Shown one piece after another: positions 19,077-28,152 of a stretch of 64,000 bases of DNA (position 1 is the stretch's first letter; every line of letters begins with the position of its first letter). The stretch spans positions 288,001 through 352,000 of the forward strand of contig JAWLHY010000010.1 in assembly GCA_041690135.1 (NCBI GenBank), in the 5' to 3' direction. The position numbers and the translations under genes were made by a program. The DNA is from Armatimonadota bacterium (GTDB lineage Bacteria; Armatimonadota; SYMT01). The notes under the pieces are model-generated. The model was not told where the DNA came from. It worked only from the letters and a program-made list of their open reading frames with translations, and searched no databases.

Positions 19077-19176
19077 GGAAGCAACCTTTTTGCGGATGCT
19101 GCGGGCCGAAGTGCAGCCTACTCATGTTAGCAGGGCGATGCCTAAGCGCGTCTTAACTGGGTATACGCCGGTGAAC

Positions 19177-19977
19177 TCACGCCGCTCGCTGCAGAAGCTT
19201 TCCCTCGCTCTGCGTCCACTCTTGCGCGCCCCGATAGGCCTCCAGATGGTCGATATCAAACGCAAGGTCGGCATCCGGAGTCACCAGCGCGGCAGTGCGG
19301 CAGCCGAGGAGCGCGCCCACCTTCCGCTCCAACTCCGGCACCGTGGCGCGCCGGATCAGGAGCTTGGCCACAAAGCGCCAACCGAGCAGCCTGGCCAGGG
19401 CGAGCGGGCTCTTACGAGCGGCGAAAATCCGCTCCAGGTGAGGACGAGCGGCCAGCAGCGCCGGGGCACGGACCATCACTACGCCCCCCACTTTCCACTG
19501 CCCGTCCCGCAGAGTAACGTAGTCCCGTTTCACCCCTGGAAATGCGCTTTCGAAGGCCGTCTTCTCCACCACCGGCAGGCAGAGCTCCGCATCGGACGGA
19601 CACGAACGGATGAACCGGAGGACCGACGCCGGGTTGAGAAACGGTAGGTCGGTGGCGGAGACCAGGACGCGGTCCGGCGCCCGTCCGCGGGACTGCTCCA
19701 ACCACTCCAGGGCCGCCAGGAGGTTGGAGAGGGCATTTCCTCGTTCCAGCAGGAGAGCGTCGCTCTGACGCGCCGTCGGGTCGTGCCGAAGCTCCTCCGG
19801 ACCCACCAGCACCCGGCTGCGGATACAGCCGGTCCCCTCATACGCTCGCATGGTGCGTGCCAGCAGGTTCTCCTCACCCACCCGGGCCAGAGCCTTGATG
19901 CAAGTCCCAGCTTCTTCCGCGAACTCTCCGTCGATCCGTCCTCCCGCCACCAATACCAGATCCAACTCCGTACCCAT
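19177..19977 (-). CDS. MobA-like NTP transferase
   Basis: LVAGG...KAL, SATDLPFL and AFDIDH motifs. Confidence 0.8.
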   Translation of the reverse strand: MGTELDLVLVAGGRIDGEFAEEAGTCIKALARVGEENLLARTMRAYEGTGCIRSRVLVGPEELRHDPTARQSDALLLERGNALSNLLAALEWLEQSRGRAPDRVLVSATDLPFLNPASVLRFIRSCPSDAELCLPVVEKTAFESAFPGVKRDYVTLRDGQWKVGGVVMVRAPALLAARPHLERIFAARKSPLALARLLGWRFVAKLLIRRATVPELERKVGALLGCRTAALVTPDADLAFDIDHLEAYRGAQEWTQSEGKLLQRAA

Positions 19978-20059
19978 AGCGACCTTTCTGTTTGCCTGCG
20001 CGGCTGCTTAGCACCGGTCGCCGTTATACCCATAATCGGCCTCTCCCACCGTCTCGCAA

Positions 20060-20082
20060 ATTAGGTAAAACATATACCGATT
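20060..20082. promoter_or_regulatory. Imperfect 11-1-11 palindrome, possible Rrf2/NsrR-type operator
   Basis: ATTAGGTAAAACATATACCGATT in an AT-rich divergent intergenic region upstream of the globin gene. Confidence 0.4.
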
Positions 20083-20173
20083 TTTCGTTATACGGCGCAC
20101 CGGACCGGGCACCCTGATACCGGGCCCGACCACTCCTGCTGGGCATTCCCACCGACGCGAAGGACTCCACGCT

Positions 20174-20758
20174 ATGAAACACATCGACGAAGCACGCCTC
20201 GAGACCGATCTCCAGTACCGCTTTGAGTACCTGGCGGAGTTTATGGGCTTCACCGGGGAAGACATCGAGGTCATCCATGGCGCCGCCGGATTTCTGGCGC
20301 CGCTGGTGCCCACGCTGGTCGACGCCGTTTACGACAAGCTGCATGGGTACGACTGCACCTGGCGCCATTTCGTCCCGCGGCAGGCCGGTTACGAGGGGGA
20401 TATCCCCCTGCGACTGGCGGACTTGACGATGGATCATCCACAGATCGCCTTCCGCAAGCAGCACCTCGGCCGCTACCTGGAGCGCCTGGTCACCGTGCCT
20501 TACGACGCAAAGATGGTCGCCTACCTGGACATGGTTGGGAAGATCCACACCCCGACGGCCGGCAACAAGGCCATCAACGTCCCGCTGGTCCAGATGGACG
20601 CGCTGATGGGCTTCGTCGCCGATGCAATCAACGCCACGATCCTCACCTCGGACCTGCCGTCCGAGCTCAAGGTAAAGGCGGTCCGCGCGTTCTCCAAGCT
20701 GCTCTGGCTGCAAAACGACCTGATCACCCGCCATTACGCCGCGCCTGCGGCCGGATAG
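20174..20758 (+). CDS. Stand-alone protoglobin-domain protein
   Basis: FMGFTGEDI...LVDAVYDKL, YLDMVGKIH (proximal His) and AFSKLLWLQNDL. Confidence 0.85.
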   Translation: MKHIDEARLETDLQYRFEYLAEFMGFTGEDIEVIHGAAGFLAPLVPTLVDAVYDKLHGYDCTWRHFVPRQAGYEGDIPLRLADLTMDHPQIAFRKQHLGRYLERLVTVPYDAKMVAYLDMVGKIHTPTAGNKAINVPLVQMDALMGFVADAINATILTSDLPSELKVKAVRAFSKLLWLQNDLITRHYAAPAAG

Positions 20759-20786
20759 CTCCAGCAGAGCCGCCATTTGATTGGGG

Positions 20787-20820
20787 AAGGGGGCAGCGTC
20801 ATCCGGCGCTGCCCCCTTTT
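20787..20820 (+). terminator. Rho-independent terminator
   Basis: AAGGGGGCAGCG...CGCTGCCCCCTTTT. Confidence 0.8.
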
Positions 20821-20926
20821 CGCATTTGTGGAGCACCCCTCCAGGACATTTCCGCCTCTCCTCCGATCGACGTGTGAGCCATGGCCTCCGGGGTAAATAC
20901 GGTCCGACGTGGAGAGGAGAGATGAA

Positions 20927-21148
20927 ATGGCAGAGTATGGCTACACCTGGAGGTTCCGCACCAATCCCGACGGCTCCGGCATGATCGACGGTCCGGTCTC
21001 GGAGCCGCGCCGCCCCCTGCAGTTGACCCTAGAACCGGAAGATGCCGAGGCCCTGGAAGAGGAATTGGAAGGTCGCCGGGCCGACGAGCAGGACGACGCC
21101 ATCAAGAGCTTCTACGCACAGCGGGTCGACGAGGAGCAGCGTACCTGA
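20927..21148 (+). CDS. Small acidic hypothetical protein
   Basis: 73 aa, AGGAG RBS upstream. Confidence 0.6.
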   Translation: MAEYGYTWRFRTNPDGSGMIDGPVSEPRRPLQLTLEPEDAEALEEELEGRRADEQDDAIKSFYAQRVDEEQRT

Positions 21149-21182
21149 CACCCTGCGGCCAATGGAAAGTTGAGACGAAAAG

Positions 21183-22523
21183 ATGCGGACCTTATCCGAA
21201 CGAACGACATTCTCCGGAGCCTCTGGCGAGGCGGTCGTCGAGCGCGTCCGCGAAATTGGAAAGCCCCTGGAACATTCGCAGGACCTGGATCCGTTGCTGG
21301 AGATGATCGGGGATGCCCGGTACGTTCTGTTGGGCGAGGCGTCCCATGGAACCCGCGAGTATTACACCTGGCGGGCGGAGATCAGCAAGCGGCTCATCCT
21401 CGAAAAGGGGTTCTCCTTCGTGGGCGTGGAGGGAGATTGGCCGGATTGCTACCGGGTGAACCGCTTTGTGAAGGGCGCCCCCAACTCCGGCCACAGCGCC
21501 CGCGAAGTGCTCCACGCCTTCGACCGTTGGCCCACCTGGATGTGGGCCAACCGGGAAGTGGAGGAGTTTGTCACCTGGCTCCGGCAGCACAACGACGGAA
21601 TTCCCGCGGATCGGAAAGTCGGCTTTTACGGCCTGGATGTCTACAGCCTCTGGGACTCCATGCACGCTGTTCTGGATTACCTGGAACGGGTAGATCCGGA
21701 CGCCGTTCCCGCGGCGAAATGGGCCTACGGCTGCTTCGACCCTTATCAGGAGGACGTGCAGGAATATGCTCGTGCCACGCAGTGGGTCAAAGCATCCTGC
21801 GAGGAAGAAGTTGTGGCGATGCTCCAGGAGATCCGGAGGAAGGCACCGGAGTACCGCGAGCGCGACGGCGAGTCGCTATTCAATGCGGAGCAGAACGCGC
21901 TGGTGGCCAGGAACGCGGAGCTTTACTACCGCACGATGGTGCGCGGTGGCGGGCAGTCCTGGAACGTTCGCGACGGGCACATGGCGGACACGCTGGACCG
22001 CCTGATGCGGCACCACGGCCCGGAGGCAAAGGCGATCGTCTGGGAGCATAACACTCACATCGGCGACGCCCGCTTCACCAACATGGCCGACCGCGGGATG
22101 TTCAACCTTGGGCAACTCGCCCGGGAACGATACGAGGCCGACGGAGTGGTGCTCGTCGGTTTCGGCGGCCACCGGGGCAGCGTCATCGCCGGGGATGCCT
22201 GGGGAGCGCCCATGCGCCGGATGCGGGTTCCCCTGGCGCGCGAAGGGAGCTGGGAAGATGTGCTCCACACGGCCTGTCGGAGAAACTCCCTGCTGTTGCT
22301 TCGGGACGAGCACTCGCCCGATATGCTGCGGACCCGCGGCCACCGGGCCATCGGGGTGGTCTATAATCCGGAGTTCGAGTCATTCGGGAACTACGTCCCT
22401 ACCGTGCTGCCCCGCCGCTACGACGCCTTCCTCTACTTCGAGGAAACCCACGCCCTCCACCCGCTCCACATGAAAGAGCGGGAAGAGCACGAGGTCCCCG
22501 AAACCTACCCTTCCGGTGTTTAA
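21183..22523 (+). CDS. Erythromycin esterase (EreA/ChaN-like) family protein
   Basis: LLGEASHGT, VEGDWPD, FYGLDVYS, WNVRD, VWEHNTHIGDAR and RAIGVVY. Confidence 0.92.
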   Translation: MRTLSERTTFSGASGEAVVERVREIGKPLEHSQDLDPLLEMIGDARYVLLGEASHGTREYYTWRAEISKRLILEKGFSFVGVEGDWPDCYRVNRFVKGAPNSGHSAREVLHAFDRWPTWMWANREVEEFVTWLRQHNDGIPADRKVGFYGLDVYSLWDSMHAVLDYLERVDPDAVPAAKWAYGCFDPYQEDVQEYARATQWVKASCEEEVVAMLQEIRRKAPEYRERDGESLFNAEQNALVARNAELYYRTMVRGGGQSWNVRDGHMADTLDRLMRHHGPEAKAIVWEHNTHIGDARFTNMADRGMFNLGQLARERYEADGVVLVGFGGHRGSVIAGDAWGAPMRRMRVPLAREGSWEDVLHTACRRNSLLLLRDEHSPDMLRTRGHRAIGVVYNPEFESFGNYVPTVLPRRYDAFLYFEETHALHPLHMKEREEHEVPETYPSGV

Positions 22524-22651
22524 TCAAGACGGCGGTGTTGAGGAATCGGTTATGCCCGCGGAACACACGGAAAGACGCGGAAGTCGCCGAGCGAAACCAG
22601 AAGTTCGCATCTGTATTAGACCAGATTTCTGTGATGCTGATTTGCCAGGCA

Positions 22652-22706
22652 TGCGGTTGCCACACGGTGGGGTGAACGAGATGCCCACCCCCTTTTGGCA
22701 ACCGCA
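22652..22706. repeat. Long hairpin between convergent genes
   Basis: TGCGGTTGCCA...TGGCAACCGCA perfect 11-bp arms with an inner GGTGGG/CCCACC stem. Confidence 0.6.
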
Positions 22707-22786
22707 GCAGTTCCTCGCCCGTGCTGGCCGTGCAGTGTGGCGTCCTGGACTCACCGCGGACTCGCAAACCAACGCGGCAATACCTC

Positions 22787-23437
22787 CTACCTTCCCGTAG
22801 AGGCAAGGATATCGCGCACCTTCAGGTTGTCGATGCGCGCGGACTGTCCGGTGATCACGAAGCGCAGTCCAGGCTTGGGCAGTCCCAGCAGCGGATCAGA
22901 CGCCTTCGCCACGTGCCCTTCGCCGACTCGCGCGATCACTTCCGATCCCACGTGTTCCACGTTCAACGTGTACCACTTGCCCGCTTCAAAGGCCGTCTTC
23001 ACCTCCGCCAGCATCGCCCGCTTGATCTCCGGGTTGCCCTTGTCCGGGTCGCGTAGAATGGCAAACCCATCCGGACGGAGCACCACGCGGAACAGGTGGC
23101 CCTTGCGGCCGGGCGTTCCCGGCTTCACGTCGAAGCTAAGCGCCAGTGCCTTGGCGCCGTCGAGGCGGAAGTCGAAGCTCACACCCAGGTTCTGGTTGGG
23201 CCGCGGGATCACCAGCACGCCGTTGTGCTTGTCTTCCGGCTTCTCCGCCAGCACCAGGGCACCCTCTTCCACGCGAAAGTCTCCGTGCGCGACGCGCCAG
23301 CCGCCGGGAACCTTGCCGGAAGAGAAATCTTCCTGAAGCGCTGTACTGGGATCTGCGGCGTGAAGTGCGAGCGGCGTCAGCACGAGGCCGGCGGGAATCA
23401 GTGCGAGGCAGGCGTTGCGAAGCAGGTTGGTCATCAT
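22787..23437 (-). CDS. Secreted beta-sandwich (ConA-like/DUF1080-like) hypothetical protein
   Basis: Signal peptide; EDFSSG, GKWYTLNVE and ARIDNLKV pattern. Confidence 0.7.
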   Translation of the reverse strand: MMTNLLRNACLALIPAGLVLTPLALHAADPSTALQEDFSSGKVPGGWRVAHGDFRVEEGALVLAEKPEDKHNGVLVIPRPNQNLGVSFDFRLDGAKALALSFDVKPGTPGRKGHLFRVVLRPDGFAILRDPDKGNPEIKRAMLAEVKTAFEAGKWYTLNVEHVGSEVIARVGEGHVAKASDPLLGLPKPGLRFVITGQSARIDNLKVRDILASTGR

Positions 23438-23642
23438 GGAAGTCCTCCGCGCCCTCTGACGTTCGCCCGCCCGCCCGGTTCACAAATACAGGACCCACCA
23501 GGGGTGAGAAACGCGACTGCGCAGTTCTCTGCGACTGCTCATTTCTCTCTCGGATCCCACGCCAAAGAGGAGTTTCCGGCAGCGCGGCGCACCATGAACT
23601 GTTGCCGCCAGGTGGGGCGGTCATCTTCCGGAGGGTGGATCG

Positions 23643-24593
23643 GTGGAACGAATCACGCGCAGAACATTGCTGGTTACCGGCATGGCTTCCGGTGCCGCAC
23701 TCCTGGGGACCCGGTCGCTGGCACTGGCCGCCGATGAGCCCCAGGTGGAGATCCGGAAGGATGTCCCCTACCTGCCCGCCGGCCGCACCGAGAAGTTGGA
23801 CCTCTACCTCCCCGCGGGCCGGCCCGCCGGCACCCGCTCTCCGGCGGTGGTGATCATCCACGGCGGCGGCTGGCGGGGCGGGGACAAGGGAGCTTCGCGG
23901 GAGATCAACATCGGGACCAACCTGGCCCGCGCCGGCTACGTTTGCGCCAGCATCAATTACAGGCTGATCCCGGCCTCCGGCGAGATGATCTGGCCGCAGA
24001 ACCTGCACGACTGCAAGAACGCCGTCCGTTACCTGCGCACCCATGCGGAAAAATACGGCATCGACCCCGAGCACGTGGGGGGGATCGGCGGGTCCGCGGG
24101 TGGGCACCTGGCGCTCATGGTGGGCTTCACCTCCGACCACCCCACCCTCTCACCCCAGCAGCCCTATCCCGGGGTCTCCGACCGTGTCCAGGCGATCGTT
24201 GACATGTATGGTGCTCCCAACCTGCTCACGCGCCAGGAGACGGACGCGGAGGGCAACCCCACCGGCAAGTTCAAGGGCGGGCCGGAGACCCTGCTCGGAG
24301 GCACCCGCGAGCAGGTGCCGGAGCGATGGCGAGAAGCTTCACCCGTCTTCCATCTAACGAAAGACGCGCCACCGGTGTTGATCCTGCACGGCAAAAAGGA
24401 CACGACCGTGGATCGCGACCAGTCGATCGAACTCGCGGCAAGACTGAAGGAAATGGGTGTGGAACACCGCCTGGAGCTCATCGACGGGGTCGGCCACACC
24501 TTCGACCTGCAAACCTGGGCGCGCAAACCCCTTCCCTACGACCTCCGCCCCATGGTGATCGGCTTTTTCGATCGCCACTTGAAGCCGGAGTGA
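23643..24593 (+). CDS. Alpha/beta-hydrolase (HSL-like esterase) with Tat signal
   Basis: HGGGW, GGSAGG, HGKKD and GVGHTF. Confidence 0.92.
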   Translation: MERITRRTLLVTGMASGAALLGTRSLALAADEPQVEIRKDVPYLPAGRTEKLDLYLPAGRPAGTRSPAVVIIHGGGWRGGDKGASREINIGTNLARAGYVCASINYRLIPASGEMIWPQNLHDCKNAVRYLRTHAEKYGIDPEHVGGIGGSAGGHLALMVGFTSDHPTLSPQQPYPGVSDRVQAIVDMYGAPNLLTRQETDAEGNPTGKFKGGPETLLGGTREQVPERWREASPVFHLTKDAPPVLILHGKKDTTVDRDQSIELAARLKEMGVEHRLELIDGVGHTFDLQTWARKPLPYDLRPMVIGFFDRHLKPE

Positions 24594-24700
24594 GCTCGTT
24601 TGGCGGTACCATCACAGCATGGTTCGAGGCATACCCGTTCAGCTATCGATACGAACCACTTCCGCTACATCAGGCCTGATAACGGCGTAATGGTGAATTC

Positions 24701-25177
24701 ATGCGTGTCGAAGGTGAGTACATTAGCATGTCCGACTTGTCGTGGATAGCCGTTGACGGCACGGGCAATCTTGGCCACTTCAAAGCCGGACCTACAGGTG
24801 CCATACCTGAGAGCATCAAGGAGTCTCGAGAGGATTTGGATCGAGTTGTTGAATTCTGTGAGGAAAAACTTCAGCCGGTGACCGAAGCAGTTCTATTGCC
24901 GGGATGGAGAAGCAGGGTAAAAATCGAGCCGCACAACGAACGTTACTATATCGAAGCATTTTCCGATATGGCAACACGCGGATTCTTCACCTTTGACATA
25001 ATCTCCGCTGACTACAGAACTGGAGTGAGTGGTTACTTCAAGGTAGCCATTCCCAAAGTACCCCTGAACATTGCCGACCTACCAAACGCCATTCAGATTA
25101 TCATCGGAAAGACCAGGCTTGCCGATCTCCACTTTGGGCAGGTTGACGAGATATCGGCATCCCAACTCTTGCGGTAG
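24701..25177 (+). CDS. Hypothetical protein, lower GC than flanks
   Basis: 158-aa ORF with many A/T-ending codons; WIAVDGTGNLGHF...GAIP. Confidence 0.7.
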   Translation: MRVEGEYISMSDLSWIAVDGTGNLGHFKAGPTGAIPESIKESREDLDRVVEFCEEKLQPVTEAVLLPGWRSRVKIEPHNERYYIEAFSDMATRGFFTFDIISADYRTGVSGYFKVAIPKVPLNIADLPNAIQIIIGKTRLADLHFGQVDEISASQLLR

Positions 25178-25267
25178 CAACATTTGCCCCTCAAGCCGGC
25201 AGGCGGCTTCGCGAAGAAATGCCCGTTCCACGGCCTGAACGCCCAGTGCCTGAACACCCAACGCCCG

Positions 25268-26404
25268 CTACGGAAACATCATCAGGTCCGTCGGCGGACC
25301 GCTGGAGGGGATGGGGCGTGGGGCCAGGCGCTCGCCGGTAGAGGCCTGGAACACCAGCACTCCCTGGCTATCAAAGGTGCCGTCCGGTACGAAGAGCGTG
25401 TCCGTGCGCGGGTCGTGCTCCAGTGCCGGTACGGCATAGCCCACGGAAACGTGCAACTCCGGGTCCGGGTCCACGCCCCAGGTAAGCGAGAACGGCTTGA
25501 GGTGGGAGGAAAGGTCCAGGTCCGTGGAATAGACCAGGTACCCCTGGTCGCGGCTGATCAACACGAACGGTCCCAGGTCCGCGCCGACCATTCCGTCCTC
25601 CTCGCGAATCGCCAGCCCGAGGGAACGCAGGTTGGCCAGGTCGATCTCTTCCAGGCCCCCCTTATCGTGGAAGCCGCCGGTGGCGCTCACCAACAGCCGC
25701 CCCGACTTGGGAATGACCTGCATCCGATGCTTGGGAGAGGTGCCCGTCAGCCGGATCCCCTGCACCCCACCCAGCGTCGCGTCTGCATCGACCAGTTGCT
25801 CCGTCCGCAGGTCCACGACTGCCAGGTACGCGGGAGACTCATAACCGGTAGGGGAGGTAGCGTTGAGCCTGCGGATCTGGATGAAGAGGCGGTCACCATG
25901 GAGGGCCATCGTGCCCAGGTCGGGAACGCCGTCCGAATCGGCAAACGAGCTCAGGTCCACCACTTCCTTCAGACGCCCGTTCCGGAGGTCCAGGCGCAAG
26001 AGGCGGGTGGCATTCGGGCGAGAGATGTAAGCGTAGCGCTTCTTGTAGACCGCCAGGTCGTCCGGTGGATTGGCCCGGCCAAGAGTGTATACTCGCCGCC
26101 CACCCTGGGGATTAACGCGGGTAACGGTCCCGTGGCTCCGACCCAGCACGAAAAGTTTCCCATCCGCCGATCGGAAGCCCGTATCCGCTCCCACTACTTG
26201 CGGCCGGCCGACGAAGTTCCAGAACGGCTGCGGCACCAGGCTGTTGAAGAGACCGACCTGCCGGTCCACATCGTTCCAGGCCACCGCCAGGCGGGGAGCC
26301 TTCGGACCGGGCCGTGCCGCTTCTACCGGGCCGCGTGCGCCCCACCCCACGAATGCAGCCGCAGCCAGGCTGCCCACCACCAACCCACGATACGAACGCC
26401 TCAC
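25268..26404 (-). CDS. Secreted beta-propeller (YncE-like) protein
   Basis: Signal peptide; repeated blade-like segments; DLSSFADSDGVPD. Confidence 0.7.
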   Translation of the reverse strand: MRRSYRGLVVGSLAAAAFVGWGARGPVEAARPGPKAPRLAVAWNDVDRQVGLFNSLVPQPFWNFVGRPQVVGADTGFRSADGKLFVLGRSHGTVTRVNPQGGRRVYTLGRANPPDDLAVYKKRYAYISRPNATRLLRLDLRNGRLKEVVDLSSFADSDGVPDLGTMALHGDRLFIQIRRLNATSPTGYESPAYLAVVDLRTEQLVDADATLGGVQGIRLTGTSPKHRMQVIPKSGRLLVSATGGFHDKGGLEEIDLANLRSLGLAIREEDGMVGADLGPFVLISRDQGYLVYSTDLDLSSHLKPFSLTWGVDPDPELHVSVGYAVPALEHDPRTDTLFVPDGTFDSQGVLVFQASTGERLAPRPIPSSGPPTDLMMFP

Positions 26405-26546
26405 CCTTATTCCCCCGTCTGCCGGCGCCGCGCTCCCAAATCTCGGGCCACCCGGGTGCCACTACCCCGAGCGAGGTGCTGCCCATCCCCTGCTAGTTCG
26501 CCGAAGGGGGGACTGGTTTCCTTGCGGGCCCCGCTGAAGGCCAACT

Positions 26547-27977
26547 TCAGACGAGCACATCCCGCACTACGTGGGCCTTCTCCACCCCGGAAAGGCGGAA
26601 GTCAAGCCCCTGGTACCGGTAGGTGAACCGCTCGTGGTCGATCCCCAGCAGGTGGAGGATCGTTGCGTGCAGGTCGCGGACGTGGACCGGGTTCTCGGCC
26701 GCGAAGTATCCGAACTCGTCGGTGTTGCCGTAGGTGACCCCGCCCTTTACCCCACCGCCCGCCATCCACATGGAGAAGCCGCGGATGTGGTGGTCGCGCC
26801 CGGGGAATTTCCCCTTACCCTGGAACATCGGGGTCCGCCCGAACTCGCCGCCCCAGATCACCAGGGTATCGTCCAGCATCCCCCGCTGCTTCAGGTCCAT
26901 CACCAGGGCGGCGCTGGGCTGGTCGCAAAGGCCGCAGCAGGTCTTCATGTAGGGGACCAGGTCGCCGTGATGGTCCCATCCGCGGTGGTAAAGCTGGATG
27001 AAGCGCACCCCCCGCTCCGCCAGGCGGCGCGCCAGCAGGCAGTTGGAGGCAAAGGAGCCATCGCCCGGCCTAGCCCCGTACATATCCAGCACCGACTGCG
27101 GCTCGTCCCGCAGGTCCATCAGTTCCGGAACGCTCGTCTGCATGCGGAATGCCAGCTCATACTGGGCGACCCGCGTCTCCAGGTCGGGGCTCGCCACCGT
27201 CTCGTTCCGCAGCACGTTCAATTCCCGCAGGGTATCGATCAGGCGCGCCTGCTGCTTCATGCTCACCCCGGCGGGGTTGCGCACGTAGTGGACGGGATCC
27301 CCGGAGGAATAGAACTGCACTCCCTGGTGTCGACCCGGAAGGAAACCGGGGCCCCACTGGCGCGAGGCGATCGGCTGCGGGTTGCGGCCACCCTCGCTGG
27401 TCATCACCACGAAGCCCGGCAGGTTCCGGCTCTCGCTGCCCAGGCCGTAGGTGATCCACGACCCCATGCTCGGGCGGCCGGAGATCGAGGTGCCGGTGTT
27501 CATCACGGTATGCGCCGGGTCGTGGTTGATCTGGTCCGTGTGCATCGACCGGATGATGCAAATTTCGTCCGCAATCCGGGCCGTGTGCGGCAGGATTTCG
27601 GAAATCTCCTGGCCGGACTTGCCGTGGCGGCCGAACTGGAACTGCGGCCCCAGGCACTTCAACTCCTTACCCTGAAGCTGGGCGATCGGCTGACCCTGGG
27701 TGACGGAGGGCGGCATGGGCTCTCCATCCAGGCGCGCCAACGTCGGCTTGTAATCGAAGGTCTCCAGGTGCGAGGGCCCACCGGACATATAGAGGAAGAT
27801 CACCCGCTTTGCCTTCGGCGCGAAGTGCGGCAGGCCGGGCAGCCCGCCCATCCGCACGCTGCCACCCGAGCTGGAGGCCGCCTGTGCCGCTTCCGGTCCG
27901 AGCAGGCAGGAAAGAGCCATCGAGCCCAGACCCAGCCCGGCCCCACTCAGGAATGCCCGGCGGTTCATCAACTGCAT
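26547..27977 (-). CDS. DUF1501 domain protein (Tat signal)
   Basis: NRRAFL, KRVIFLYMSGGPSHLETFDYKP, CLLARRLAERGVRF, WDHH, GGEFGRTP and GRDH. Confidence 0.93.
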   Translation of the reverse strand: MQLMNRRAFLSGAGLGLGSMALSCLLGPEAAQAASSSGGSVRMGGLPGLPHFAPKAKRVIFLYMSGGPSHLETFDYKPTLARLDGEPMPPSVTQGQPIAQLQGKELKCLGPQFQFGRHGKSGQEISEILPHTARIADEICIIRSMHTDQINHDPAHTVMNTGTSISGRPSMGSWITYGLGSESRNLPGFVVMTSEGGRNPQPIASRQWGPGFLPGRHQGVQFYSSGDPVHYVRNPAGVSMKQQARLIDTLRELNVLRNETVASPDLETRVAQYELAFRMQTSVPELMDLRDEPQSVLDMYGARPGDGSFASNCLLARRLAERGVRFIQLYHRGWDHHGDLVPYMKTCCGLCDQPSAALVMDLKQRGMLDDTLVIWGGEFGRTPMFQGKGKFPGRDHHIRGFSMWMAGGGVKGGVTYGNTDEFGYFAAENPVHVRDLHATILHLLGIDHERFTYRYQGLDFRLSGVEKAHVVRDVLV

Positions 27978-28152
27978 CCACTCCTCACCTGGCCTCATGA
28001 TTTCCCCCAACCTTCATCCCATCGCACACCCAAGCACAAGAAGCTGCCTACCCCAAAACGACCTGGCCCCACAACTGCCATTTCGTTTAGGTCATCCCCA
28101 GGTAGCCTGACCGCCCGGAAGCCTGTCCGCCCGAAGGCCAGACCGCCTGAAT

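Noticed and set aside
26404-26546. Cobalamin riboswitch upstream of the beta-propeller gene
   Set aside because: No recognisable B12-box or conserved core motifs on the minus strand.
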